A stretch of DNA of 64,000 nt from Phoronis australis. Taxonomy: Eukaryota > Animalia > Phoronida. Shown here in pieces: positions 51,080 through 63,267 of the stretch. Position 1 is the stretch's first letter; the number at the start of each line of letters is the position of its first letter. A model generated the notes under the pieces. It was not told where the DNA came from. It did no database searches and saw nothing but the letters and a program-made list of their open reading frames with translations. The stretch is from contig NMRA01000339.1 of NCBI GenBank assembly GCA_002633005.1, positions 144,685-208,684 of the forward strand. The letters run 5' to 3'. The translations under genes were made by a program, and so were the position numbers.

Positions 51080-51490
51080 TCCATTGTAGGATTGAAAATC
51101 TTTTAGATGATCACGTTCTTCCATCTAAGTGAAGATATAATGTATATCCGCAATGGCCGCGTGAATGGGTAGCATTATCTCTTAATTTTGATGTTCAGCG
51201 TAATGTAATAAAGAAAATCTTTTACGTCACCATCGTTCCTCCATATGCATTTGCAGGAATATGCTCTAGCCGCGTTAATACCCACATTATCATTTAACTG
51301 TGATTTTTATCCTACTGTGGCAGTGGATAGTGCTTTGGTCATCATCGTCTTTTAGGTGAAGATATGTCCACTGCAACAGGTTACGTAGCTAGCATTATGT
51401 TTTAATTCATGATATTTAACCTACCGTAGAATTGGAAATCTTTTTTGTCACCATAGTTCTTCCATTAGTAGGCGAAGACGTGTCCGCTAT
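51080..51490. repeat. Degenerate tandem repeat, ~115-120 bp x ~3.5
   Basis: Recurrent AAATCTTTT..CAyCrT(T)CTTCCAT..GTGAAGAyAT and GCATTAT..TTAA blocks. Confidence 0.6.
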
Positions 51491-51580
51491 ATTCCCTCGA
51501 GCTTAAATTCATGTACATGTTTCTATCACTATCTTGTTTTTTATATTACTAACCTAGCATTGTGCCTTCCTCCAAGTCTG

Positions 51581-52054
51581 TCATCTTTGTTTCTTGTTAA
51601 ATTGCGAGTTTTTGGTCAAGACGTGTGAAGTAAATTCACCCGGGTATTGCTTGATTGTGCAAGCGTTAACCCGGAGGTCACGTTCGCGGTCCAATTTATC
51701 CCTACTAACTTTGTTTACTTGCACTTCTGACTGTTTGACATCGGGCGCGTCACTCCGTACCTCAGCTTGTAACAATGTATGCAGTTATTTCCATTTCCCT
51801 GAATACTATTTAGTATTCCTGGAAATTTGTCGCAAACCGTGATGAAAGCATCGAACACTGCGGGAATTCCGTTTCACCGATATCCTATGTTTGACAAGAT
51901 AAATCGGAGTTGGCTTGTCTGTGTCAAGAACGCAGCGTTGCTTTTGTATTACGAAAATGACATAAGGTGCCCTACTAACAGTTCTAAAGAAGGATGCCTT
52001 ACTGTCAGTATCCCCTTTCTCTTTTCCATCGCCACCGCTTGGAGGGCTCAATGA
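51581..52054. mobile_element. Decayed THAP-domain fragment (+) with a divergent KolX-like fragment (-), Kolobok-like non-autonomous relic
   Basis: Plus strand GIPFHRYP....RSWLVCVK..IRCP is THAP-like. Minus strand ACTIKQYPGEF..VL is weakly like the KolX CITxHPGF motif. No termini found. Confidence 0.35.
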
Positions 52055-52929
52055 AACAAGTCGTAGTGACTCTATACCTTGGAGTTGTGTCCGTGCGGGT
52101 GAACACTCACATAGAGTCAGAGGCTAGCAAGCAAGTTAACGGTTTCATCATGTACGTGTTTCGTGTTTTTGAAACTTCAGTGACAATAGATAGGGACTGA
52201 ATCCTTGATTTAGGGGTGTTGCATGAAAAACCTACTTATTTTCAATGATATTATAGTATTGAGAATTCAAAGTCGACAAACCCTCGGTGAGCATCAAAGC
52301 AAAAACTGCGTTAAAAATGGACAATCAGAGTTTTCAAAAGTGCACAAATGCAGCGAAAAGTTAGGTAACGTAGATGGCTCCCTATTTGGGACTATTTAAT
52401 GCAACCGACCATAGATGACGACAACGAATAATCGTCGCACAAGCAAAGCTGGCGGGGAATGGTTAGGGCCGCGAACGTAACTTCCGATGGGTGAAACATG
52501 CCTAATTAATTATGCCCCAAGGAACTACGTGATCTTGAAAATTTGTCTAGGATAACCAGACATTAGTAAATTAACCAAAACGACTTGAAAAACGGACGCC
52601 TTCTCTTTTAGCTCTCAGTTACTGCTGTTGGCTTTTTTAAAAACCAGTACAGTGCACCGGCGACTGAAATCAGTGCTGGAATCTAACAACATGGCTATTA
52701 ACCATTGCGAAGTATTCTTAAACCTTTCTCAACGTTCTTAGTACATAGCCGCCGTTACTCAGACGAAGATACAACTGCATTGTATGTACTTAACACTTAT
52801 TAAACTTCCCGTCATTTACTCAAAGAAAACATAAGCCCTCGCCCTTCAAACTTGTTGAAGCACGAAGTTTCCACAATCTTCTAATTTCAAATTTTGAACG
52901 ATTCGGTGTTTCTGCTGTTTTTTGCTAAG

Positions 52930-53560
52930 CTTGATTAGCAGGTTCTCAGAAAAACGCCCAACAAGCAAATGCCCACACTCAAGTTCATCGGAAGTCTTAA
53001 TGCTTGGTAGCCACCNCGATTTTGTTTCATGTAGGTGAAGGTGTTTTCCTGTGCTCGTATTTTCTCAAAACAATGTTCTGCGAGACCAATGTCTCTCCAC
53101 TTTCCCAGCTGTTGAATCATTGTAGCTTCAGGTACTGCTGAATACATGACCTTTCTCTTCTACTTCCGTTTTGCGAGTCAACCTGAGTTGTTATCGTACT
53201 CTAGGTGAATTTTTTAAGGATTACTCAAAATAGCGCTACATATTTTATAAGCATTCGATTATAAACTAATCCATCGATAGTTGTCTCTTTAGTCTTTGGG
53301 GATTGGTGCAATCAAAGCTTTAGTCACCACAGGCTTCCATTCGATTCTGGTTTGTTTTCCTAGGAACCAATTGTTTCAAATAATTCCAAAACTCAGAAGG
53401 TTCGTCCTTTTGTACAACTTCAAATATCCTTTTCTTGTAAAAATTGGTTTTCAACTTGCCTATGCATTCTGTCAAATTTCCTGTGCGCTTTTGAAGGAGC
53501 ATGCCACCCAAAAACAACCTAATTTGTACCAATTTAGTTCGAGTAGTTCTACTCCATAAC
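52930..53560 (-). mobile_element. LINE (non-LTR) ORF2 remnant
   Basis: KLKTNFYK..EPSEFWNYLK and APIPKD*RDNYRWISL*SNAYKM, the classic PIPK..NYRxISL motif ahead of RT. Confidence 0.55.
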
Positions 53561-54299
53561 GACACGTACGGTTGCGTTACCTGACACCTGACGGCAGACT
53601 GAGGTGTTGAAATTATCCAATGACGTCATCGGTTTCACACGCAGTCTGTTCAGCAGTTCACAACACGGGTTACTGGTGTCAGCTTATCGCTTAATGTCTT
53701 CGTTTAACACCAATAAATCATCAAACTTCGATGTAAAACCCTTAAAAATACACCGAGTTCTTATAAGAACGTGTTGTTTTATTTTGCTCTTACGGATTTA
53801 TTGGTATTTGGACACACCGTAGCCTACAAAGTTCGGCAGGCCAATAAGGTCCGTAACAGGAGTTAGGGGTCTGTTCGGAGATAATTTCGAAGTATTTTCC
53901 GTGAGATACAGACAGGAGAACCTAGATCTGTGTTGTTTAGACTAATGATTTTTTGAGTTCTAAATACAAAACGCTTGTTGTTATCCTGACTAGTGGCTCG
54001 GAGCCCGATCAAGCCCGTTGCGGCCGGCCGGATTGACTTCATCAAGTTGTTATCCCGGCCAGTGGCTCGGAAACTGATCAAACATTACGAACATAAACCA
54101 GCCAATGTTCTGTGGAAACTAAACTTCGAGTCAAGAAAATACTATACTAGTGAGCCAAAGAAATGAGCACGTGATTATGTTGGTGAATTAGCCACGAAAC
54201 TGCAACTACTTACTCGTCGGGGCCGGACCGCGAATTCACTCGGGTTCCGCTTTGGCCACAGCACCGTCTGGGCAGAAGTTGTACATTGACAATCTTATT

Positions 54300-55083
54300 T
54301 GAGTAATGTAAACGTAAATAAAGATTCCCCTAACACGTAGCCGTGGGATGGAAATCGAGTTGTTTCACAACAGTTTCTGCCAGCAAACACTCTTTAGCAT
54401 GAGCTCACATGGCCTCGGTTTCACCTAAAGCCGGTACTGACGCAGTGATTTATTCATTGCTGGCTTCTCAAATCATTTGCACTCACAAACACTCCAAAGG
54501 CATTACAAATTGCATCAATTGAGACAGACTTTGTTTCAGTTGGTTAGGGGGAGAAGGCATTTTGAAACAGAACTCTCAGTACTAAACGCCAATCCCGACT
54601 TAGGACGAGCTAGAGCTCATCTGTCCCGACTTCGCAGATGGATCGTTAAGTTTTACAGGCTATCAATTCGAACAGGAATACAGTGATGAAGTAATACTAG
54701 AGAGGCGTCGTGAACAAGCTCAGACAACGGAACATGGAGTTATTTGCTAAGCCGGAGACACGGAGATGTTTCACGGCCTCATACCTGCTACTACCATGAG
54801 CCACTTCTTAAGCATTTCGGACTCTCGAGGAAGTAAAAAAACGATATACCCGCTTTCCTCGCAGCTGCTTAGTTCGGACAAGCGGGAACGATGCACCGCA
54901 ACATAGCGGCATTCACTCTGCATATGAACCACTGACGTCGCTAGCGTTGTTTCTCACCTTCCTCACAGGTTAACGCGACACCTCTTGGCAAGGTAAGGTC
55001 GACCGCATGCGAGGCGAAATGGACATACATGTAGACCGATTAAGATGGCAAAAAGACTAAATTAAATCGGGTGGCATTCTCCT
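54300..55083. mobile_element. Non-autonomous Kolobok-like relic with right end
   Basis: GYQFEQEYSDE..RRRE (KolX N-terminus-like) at ~54658 and terminus ...GTGGCATTCTCCT|TTAA. Left end not found. Confidence 0.4.
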
Positions 55084-55269
55084 TTAAGAAACCAATTCTT
55101 ACCCGTGCCAAATGACGTGGCGTAGAGCTCGCAAAGTGTTGTTTAACTCGCGACATCCTTGCGACGGGCGTAAGCGCGTCGCATTGTTATCATCTTTGGC
55201 ACGCTACCATTGTTTTCCTTTGTTGCGCATTTGTTGAATATAACAATACAGATCGCATGGGCGCACATC

Positions 55270-55408
55270 AGCGCCCAGTTGCATAAAAATTATACGCTGC
55301 ATAGCAACAATGACGTCGCATTGTCACGCGCCACGTTGCTATTGTTGAACCATAAACCTGACGTCAAACTTATCTAGCGGATAATTATGAGTTTCTATGC
55401 AACCCAGG
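55270..55408. mobile_element. MITE family member (homolog of 36510-36660)
   Basis: CCCAGTTGCATAAAA...TTTCTATGCAACCCAGG inverted ends and shared core. Confidence 0.7.
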
Positions 55409-56489
55409 TTAGCTGGTTACCGATAATTGGTTTACATTATCTTTACTATAACAAGTGAACAAAGGAGGCACCAATCTACCGATCTCTACGTGACCAGCTT
55501 ACTACCTAGTTTCATGCGCTCAAGTTCACTTTGCTCGGTATTTAATGATAAAGCTCAGACATGATGTCCGAAAGACGTACTCTGACGTAACGAGACTCAT
55601 GACCAGTGATATTTTGCCACACCTTGAAGTGAAAATGAATTGCCGTGACTTGCACGTTATGGTATAGATTGGATGAAATGAGGATATGTCAATCATAATA
55701 CATTAGCGGGCGTAGTTTGTCTTTGTTCCATAGTTGTGTTCATATAATATTATAGTTTATATGATCCTTAATTTCTTTGTCATTACGCTAAGATAATTAC
55801 ACCATCAACTCGACGAATTGGTTTATTTAGGCTTTCATGTACCGAGATCTCTTTCTCGTCTTAACTCGGGGTTGCCTCCGATCATTCGAAATCATGGCTG
55901 ACACGATGCATCGAGGACAACAACAAATGCATCCCCCTGGCCATCACTTCTTTAATCACTCAGGACGACATTAGGAAGCAGAAATTCTCACCGAAGATGC
56001 ACTAGTCGAATTAAGGGTGGGGGGTCAGACGCCCGTCCCTCAACAGCACTGCAAAAATGAGTCTGCTAATGCCTTTGTGAGAGTGCAAACCCTTCCGAGA
56101 CTGTACCCAAGAACAAAATGTACAACTGAGACGATACCCGAATGGCAAAAGTATCCAATCGAATTGGCAGACACCTTCTGTCGACTTCCGTCCATTAGTA
56201 TGGATCTCACCGGTTTCACAGCTCATTTAGGTACCTGAGTAGTTCGTAGTAACTAAACGATCACAATCCATGGCCCCAATGCCCTGGTGCGATATATTAC
56301 GAAATCACTTATAACACAAGCAACTTCGCTTAAAGTGGCATGGAACATGAAAACCAGTCATTCAATTGCCTTATTCACAGTGGTTCTCTGCCACTAAAGC
56401 AGAAGTTAAACTGTTATCCAGGTATTTTTATGGTTTGTTCTTGAGGATTTTGAATTTGTGTCGATGTCAAAACATTTTTCCTTTAATAT

Positions 56490-56615
56490 CAAATTTCATA
56501 AAATGATCTGTCAACTGTTCGTCACGTCGTCGACTTTTCTTCCACACTGCAAAACTCGTCTATGTTTTGGGTAGGGCAGAACATATACCTTGCATACATG
56601 ACCTTTGACCTTTGA
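56490..56615 (+). repeat. Dispersed repeat (second copy ~62718-62862)
   Basis: AAATTTCA.AAAA.GATCTGTCAACTG.TCG.CAC.TCG.CGA..TT.CT.CCACA...ACATGA..GACCTTGACC is shared. Confidence 0.6.
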
Positions 56616-56769
56616 TGTAAACAAAACAATGTCAATTCCAAGCAACAACCAGTTCAACTTTCATTATTTTTGAGTGCATGCATTTTTTCGCGCAAGTCGT
56701 CACCAATGGATGTGCCAGTACACGTACAGTACATGTATATTTAACTTTATTCAGCAAAACGACGATTAA

Positions 56770-59700
56770 GGCAAGGCTAGCCCCCAAATTAGGACATTTA
56801 CACATCCAAAAACATACAGTCTGTGGTAAAGGTAAAAAGAAATTTTCAAGGTTGTAATTTGTATCGAAGGTTGTAAAGAGTCTGTAATTTGGTGGAAGTT
56901 ACCATACAAGTCAATAATTATGCATAAATTATGCTAATTAGCTCATTAAAAGAAACAATTCTGAATTTCAGTGATTTTCAATGATTATATTCAGCATAAG
57001 CACACAATCTGCTTTTAGACAGTTAAATTCCATTCTAAATAACTTGTCAATCATTTCTCAGGTTATTACTTGAATACTCCTTGAAAAATATGCAAATTAG
57101 TAATCCAAACTGTCCATCCAAAAATTTCACAAAAATGGCCGTTTTCCTCTAACTTGTAGATAACTGGAAAGGTTTCAAACAAACAATAAGCAGACATTTA
57201 CATAACAGATAGGTAAATATGAGGTTCATTTTAGCATAATAAATTGTTTTCAAGTGTTTTGACAACTTAATTTGCATCATTAGCAATTCAAAATGGCCGC
57301 CGCATGACCCAGAGTGAAAAACATAGCACACTTTGAAACACCGTGGACTAAAAAGTATTTATCCAATCAATTTGAAACTTAGCAACATGATTTATACCAA
57401 TGAGCTGCACGTTATGAACTAGAGACATTCCACTGGGTGTCTTTGCTCGGGATTTACACACGATATTTCATATTTCTGCTAAAAAATATCATTCAACCCT
57501 CATTTAACCATAGCTAAAATGAAATTGGGTTGGACTTCACTTTCAAACTTAGTTCATAACATGTAGAATTGTACTGTGAATCTACCCTGAAAATTTCAAG
57601 CAGTTATCTTTAATACTTATTGAGATATGACGTTTCAAGTCTGCTTTGGTAGGCGAAAAATACAGTATGGCCAAAAATCGCTGTTAAAGTAAGAAAACGA
57701 CAAACATGCGTATAAAAATGAACTTAACAGCTTGTAATCAAAGAAAGACCAAAGGTTATGAGCAGCATTTGACAGTTATTTAATAAAATGTCCCAGTCTA
57801 TGTCTCAGAATCCTGGTATGTAATTATTGTCACCACGTTGCCCACGCGCTGCACGCCTCTGCCGAATAACGTCATTACATCCATCAATGTAGGCATTGTA
57901 AAGGCGCATACGGTCAATGTTTGCAAGCCCACTAAGAGTCCAGTAGCCAGGTATCAGGCCCAATGTTTCAAAAACATTCACCCTACCTAATTCATCTTCA
58001 TTATACACAATCGCTTCATCAAATACAGCCAGTTCAAGGCGCTTTCTACCAACGAAGGTAGTTTTGGGGCAACGCTCCCAAACCGTGAGCGCACTTGTGA
58101 AGTAACTCCATGTCAGACAAAGATACAAACACTGGCCTAATTGCTTCACAGACATAATATGGTATGGCATTAGCATTGGGATCACCGCGTCCAGATGGGC
58201 ACCAGTCACCACAGGCTTGATGATCACGATTGCGATGTCTAAATTTTGCCCAGATGGCATTGTACATTGCCTGTACATTTCCAGCATTTCCGCGTATGGC
58301 AGCACCATAATGGCCTTGAATTCTCTTAATTCCTTTCTTTGTCAGTTTTCTTACTCCACCAATACCTTTAGTCGTTCCTCCCCCAGGCAGTCGAAACACT
58401 TTCTTCTTCAGTTCGCTAACTTTATCGCTTAGTCTTTTCCCCATCCGCTTCTGAATGTGACCAGTGCACTCCAGTTTACCAATATCAACATTCCCTGGGT
58501 AAACAGGAGGATCTGCAGATACAACAGATTTGAATGACTTACTGTCCCCGTCACCTAAATACTTTGTATATCGCACATTGTAGTTGGGCAGAGATCGACG
58601 GAAGATGGCAACAATTCCAGCTGGTTCCATCGCGCCCGCACTACCTTCATGATTTGATTCACAGTCAGTATGCGTCTCCTTCCAGTCCTGAAAATCTTCC
58701 TCACTTTTTCGCTTCTTGTTTATGCTACAACTATTGCAGTAGTTGGACAAAGTCTGCACATCAATCACTTTACTGCTATTTCCGTTCACAGTGGCTATAC
58801 CGTTCTTGCTCGAAAAACCTCTCCTTTGCCACGTACCGTCACACGATACTGTTAGACCAACTACGTCATTTGATGAAGAGCCAGGGCTAGCAGTTGCCCT
58901 TGCTTCCACAATTGCACTTGAGAATGATCTCTGTGCCACACTTTCTGTTGCTCGTTGAATCTTGTTTTTGTGCTTGTTCCAAATTGATGGAGTCTGCGCA
59001 GGTGGCACATTCATGTTTGTGAGAAATCTTTGGCCCTGGGCCCTGTGCCTTCCAATGCCAAACATTGCAATTGGGAATCTTCTGTTGACATCAAATAACA
59101 AGTTATTACCATTCACTGTTTCTGAAGTAGTCAGTTTCACATTGTAGTTACACGCACGATCACGACATGAAAATGTGACGGGAGACGCAAGTCCAATTCT
59201 TTTTTTTGTCATCTCACCGAACGTGTCACTAGCACAACTTGGACAATTAAATTGTTCCAAAAAATTTTGGAGCAACACAAATCAATAAATCTATGTCCTG
59301 AAAGTTCAGCATCATGGTCAAATTCAACATTCAGCAGTTTTTAACTTGGAGGATGAAGCAGACTTAGACTTAGGTTCACCATGTTGATGTTCGCCATGAC
59401 AATCACCAGCTGAGGGTCCATGTTGTTCATCTTGACTTTTGAAACGATTTCCTGCAAATTTTCTTTTTTTTCTTCGTGATTTCCTTGGCTTATCACCCAT
59501 AGCTCTTCTCTAGTGTATACTGATTTTTTTATGCCAAAAGAATGTACTTGTATGAGCAATGGGGTTTGTTTGAAGGTTCTAGGCCGAATAATATGCAAGT
59601 TATGACTGTTTAAAGTTTCTGCATATTTAATTAGATAAGAAATGGTGGCATTTGAGTACCAGTGCATTTAGAAAAAGCTATTTTTTAAGCATGTGTACTA

Positions 59701-59818
59701 TGTTTTCATTCTGAAGCAACCTGTACTTGATTACTTATACAAATGTTCACTTTTTCCAAAAAATAAAAAATCATGAAATGAACAGATTTTGACGAAAAAT
59801 ACAGGGGCTAGCCTTGCC
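56770..59818 (-). mobile_element. Near-complete Kolobok-type DNA transposon (3049 bp) in the last PLEKHB intron
   Basis: Perfect 15-bp TIRs GGCAAGGCTAGCCCC (56770-56784) / GGGGCTAGCCTTGCC (59804-59818), TTAA at 56766-56769, and an internal transposase. Confidence 0.88.
57805..59500 (-). pseudogene. DDE transposase (Kolobok / 'Mutator-like' domain family), frameshifted
   Basis: Start MGDKPRKSRRKKRKFAGNRF at 59500, two early frameshifts, then a 410-aa open stretch with SCDGTWQRRG, YLGDGDSKSF and KLECTGHIQKRMG. A frameshifting deletion follows CAHG, then the tail WERCPK...NYIPGF*. Confidence 0.88.
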
Positions 59819-62237
59819 GTCCAGAAGGTGACGTGTTAAGCGAGCTCGCTTGTAATGTAGAATCTACAGTTCATTTCCAGAGAAGTCGGAAAACGATTAA
59901 AAAATTATTAGGTAGCCGCCTTCCCAAAATTAGACCACACAAGCTCATCCAATGTAAAGCAGTTATCTACAACTGAATGAATGAAGCCCATTTTAAAAAG
60001 CCTATCATTGAACAATTCATGTGTGTTTTGATTGCTCGTTTGTAGTGACGATCGACTGACGTTTTGGATAGTTTGGACCTTTTAGACAAAAGCAGGCCGG
60101 TTCTGGTGTCAAATGAAAGTTAGAGGAACTTATTCGAAGACTCGACAGAAAGTTCTTGTGGAAAGGTTTTAGAGCGGTTTGCAGTCCCGGGTTTACATTA
60201 GCTTTCATCTTGAGCTTCTTAATTTAACGTGCTTTTAAACAATGGTTTAAATGGAGTGGTTGGCTCTCCTCCTTTAAGTCAAGTGTTGACATTTATTGCT
60301 GTTGTGTGCGCATTTCAAAACATTATAACGACACACACAGTCCTAAGAACTCTTTTTGAATTCATCAACTAAAAGAAGTGTCAGATTACTATGTACTGTT
60401 CACTTCCTACTCGACGTTCGTCCATGTGGGCCTAACGATTTTCGCGACCACAGCAACCTTACACAGCTTTAGGCTACTTCTCACTTCCTCATCAGATTCT
60501 GTGCATTTATAATATGAGGAAATCGTAACTTTACCGAGACATATGGTACGGTTGATGATATTTTTATTGATATGTGTAGGCCTACCGCATGTAAGTTTTT
60601 CGGCGAAGCGCGTTTTGCGGATTCTTGATATGTGGGATGGATGTAGACTTCTTGAGCTTTTACCATTGATCAAAGCTATAAAACAATAAAACCATTTGTT
60701 TTGTGATTTTATTACAAATCGCTAATTATCGCCATAGCCCGCCAGGTTTTCACTGAAATTAAGGCTGGCGACTCTACTACTTTTAAGTAGTACAGTACCT
60801 TTAAAGCACTCCGATGTTGATCAAATGGTTTTTGGTACCGCCGGCAGACCGTGAGACTGCCACTGCAGTGGTTTCAGGTTCGATTACGCATTGATGCTGA
60901 TTAAGAATATTGCTTCTCTCGCCGATATTGTTCCTATAATAACTCTCTATGGAAACCTCAAGCAAACCTTATGGTGCTTTCCCTTAAGAGGCGAAACTTC
61001 GCTTTTACCGAAGTTTCGGTAAGTGAAAAAGGTTAACTTCCGTAATTTAAGTGCAAGCAAAACTTCGCTGAAATAGTAGGAATTAAAAGCGAAGCTTCGA
61101 ATGAATGTCAACTAGACTGCTTATCAAAATCTGACTTAAAGCCCAAAATCGCCCGTTTTGGGCCGTGGATATCTTTTACCCCCCCTATAACCGTTTCCAC
61201 AATAACGAATTTGACACTTTAAGTGCTCACTTTAAATCCAACTTGGTGTGCCGTCTTATGTCCCGTGTTATTGCCATATTTCTCGCCTATTCGAGCCTAC
61301 CCTGAAGGGTAACGCATGTAAATTTAGAACTAGGCGACAGTGAAGTAACAGACAGTAAAACGTACTAAACTATTAGGGTTATAAACTGACTTTTGTACCA
61401 TCCAGCAAGAATCCTCTGTTAATTCAAACGGCTAAGAACAACTCTCGCCCATATTAATGTTGTACGGAGTCAATGTATTCTGGTACCCGCGATACATACA
61501 CCTGTACCGCAAGTTCCGGCGAGTGTTCATAACTACTGCTGTCGGTCGTTTTTTGGTGTTTTCTAGCGCTGACGTATGGTGACGTGCTTCAGGGGGGTTT
61601 TAGTATTTAGATCGTGTTTTTTGTGTTGATAAAGATTTGCTAGGGTCACCTGGATAGCACGATACTGTACATCTAAAATTCATTCGATCTTGCATGACTT
61701 ATTTGTGACTGGTGGGGGGCTACCCGTTGGGGCTCCTCTGTGTTTAATTGATATGTATTTTTCACTATTGTCCAACATAAGCGTCTATATTTGCTGTATC
61801 TAATTAACACATGCTGGTTAATTGCTGATTATATTTGCTCAAATCTCGTGTCAAAGGCGAAATGCCGCTTATAGGATAGATTACATGACAGTTGGAAGCA
61901 AACAGTATTTAATAGCGGAGTTGCAACCGAATCGATTTAACGATTGCGCATGTCCGGAAATTAGGGTGCGCAAAGGCTACTGGGATTGTTGATGGTAAAC
62001 GGGANGATGTCTCTGACCCATGTTTAACGCAGTTCTTGATCCTTGGGAAACAGGTAGTAACTAAATTTTTTATTTCGCTAACTGGTATTATAGCATGCCA
62101 GGCACACAACACGTATAACCTCCCTGTGGCCGGTTCGTCCCCACGCTTGCCGACGTACTTGTTTACCAGCTTAACCACAATGCAACATTCTGACCCATTT
62201 CCAATATGGCGGCGTTGCAACTCCCCTATTAGATATC

Positions 62238-62308
62238 GTCTCAGTAGCTCATTGGTAAGAGCAGTAAACCGGCAATCTAGAGACCTGTGGTTCGATTCCC
62301 AGTTGGAG
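62238..62308 (+). mobile_element. tRNA-derived (SINE-head-like) pseudo-tRNA
   Basis: A box TAGCTCATTGG and B box GGTTCGATTCC at tRNA spacing, but the acceptor and anticodon stems pair poorly. Confidence 0.6.
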
Positions 62309-63139
62309 TTCCTGAGTTTTCTGTGTTTATTTGATATATTTCACTGTTGACCAACATCAGCGTCTACATTTACTGTATCCATTCGAGGGTTTGCTTATTG
62401 TGCAAGTGGCTTAATCAAATTATTCAGGTGGCTTGCTCAAATTATTCTGACGACTCCAACAACAACGCGAGTCTTTTGCGTTCGTTTAATTTTGTTTACG
62501 CTGTTAATTCTCTTCAGTGTGATTGAACGCCCATTCTCATTTCCTCGCACATTTCCGTATTTTAAAGAGGTCTGGAACGCGATAAACAGACTAAATTGCA
62601 ATTTTGAAAGTGGTTTTCTGCCACTGAAACAAAATTCAAACTGTCCACCGGGTACTTTTAGGGTTCGTTCGTAACGATTTTTAATTTCTGTTGATGTCAA
62701 AGCATATTCTTTTAGTTTCAAATTTCAAAAAACGATCTGTCAACTGCTCGCCACTTCGACGAGTTTCCTCCCACAAGGCAAAGCATATCTCCTTATTTAG
62801 TATGGCAAGACATACAGTAGACGCAGCACGTTTTCCTTACATGAAAAATGCGACCTTGACCTCAAGCGATTGACTTTAAGTGGATGCGTGCATTTATCAT
62901 AAGTGGGATGGAGATTAGAAACTCTGTGGTAACCACAGAGTTTTTCCTTCGCGCTTATTTCTAAAATCTTGGATTTTGTGATTTTTTTCTGGAAAATTTC
63001 TCACAGGGAAAGTGAATTATTCTGTGCTATACGTTGTGAGATGATACTTTCGACAGGAATTGTGTAAAAGATATTTTTGACGAGCTTTCGCTTTCCACGC
63101 CTCTTTAACAATAATCATTCATATTTATCTCTCTTTCAG

Positions 63140-63267
63140 TCAACCAAAATGGAGAACGCGTGGTGTATGTCTACGACAGACGTCGACGCAACGACGATTT
63201 TGCCACAGGCGCTTTGGCCGGTGCAGCTGTCGGCAGTCTGTTTTTCTGGCCCCTATTATTCTGGTGA
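63140..63267 (+). CDS. PLEKHB2: PLEKHB-like coding exon 5 (tail anchor)
   Basis: VNQNGERVVYVYDRRRRNDDFATGALAGAAVGSLFFWPLLFW*. Strong polypyrimidine acceptor, and phase matches exon 4. Confidence 0.88.

Larger units (their letters stand above)
44640..63267 (+). other. PLEKHB2: PLEKHB/evectin-like gene span, join of 5 coding exons, 633 nt = 210 aa plus stop
   Basis: N-terminal PH domain, Pro/Tyr-rich middle and C-terminal hydrophobic anchor. Introns are GT-AG with phases 1,0,2,1. Likely co-ortholog of vertebrate PLEKHB1/2. Confidence 0.88.

Noticed and set aside
61909-62220. Possible LINE RT fragment (CVKHGSETxSRLP)
   Set aside because: Similarity too weak. Diagnostic GVPQGS and YADD motifs are absent.
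62238-62308. Functional tRNA gene
   Set aside because: A and B boxes are present but the acceptor and anticodon stems do not pair properly. Treated as SINE-like.
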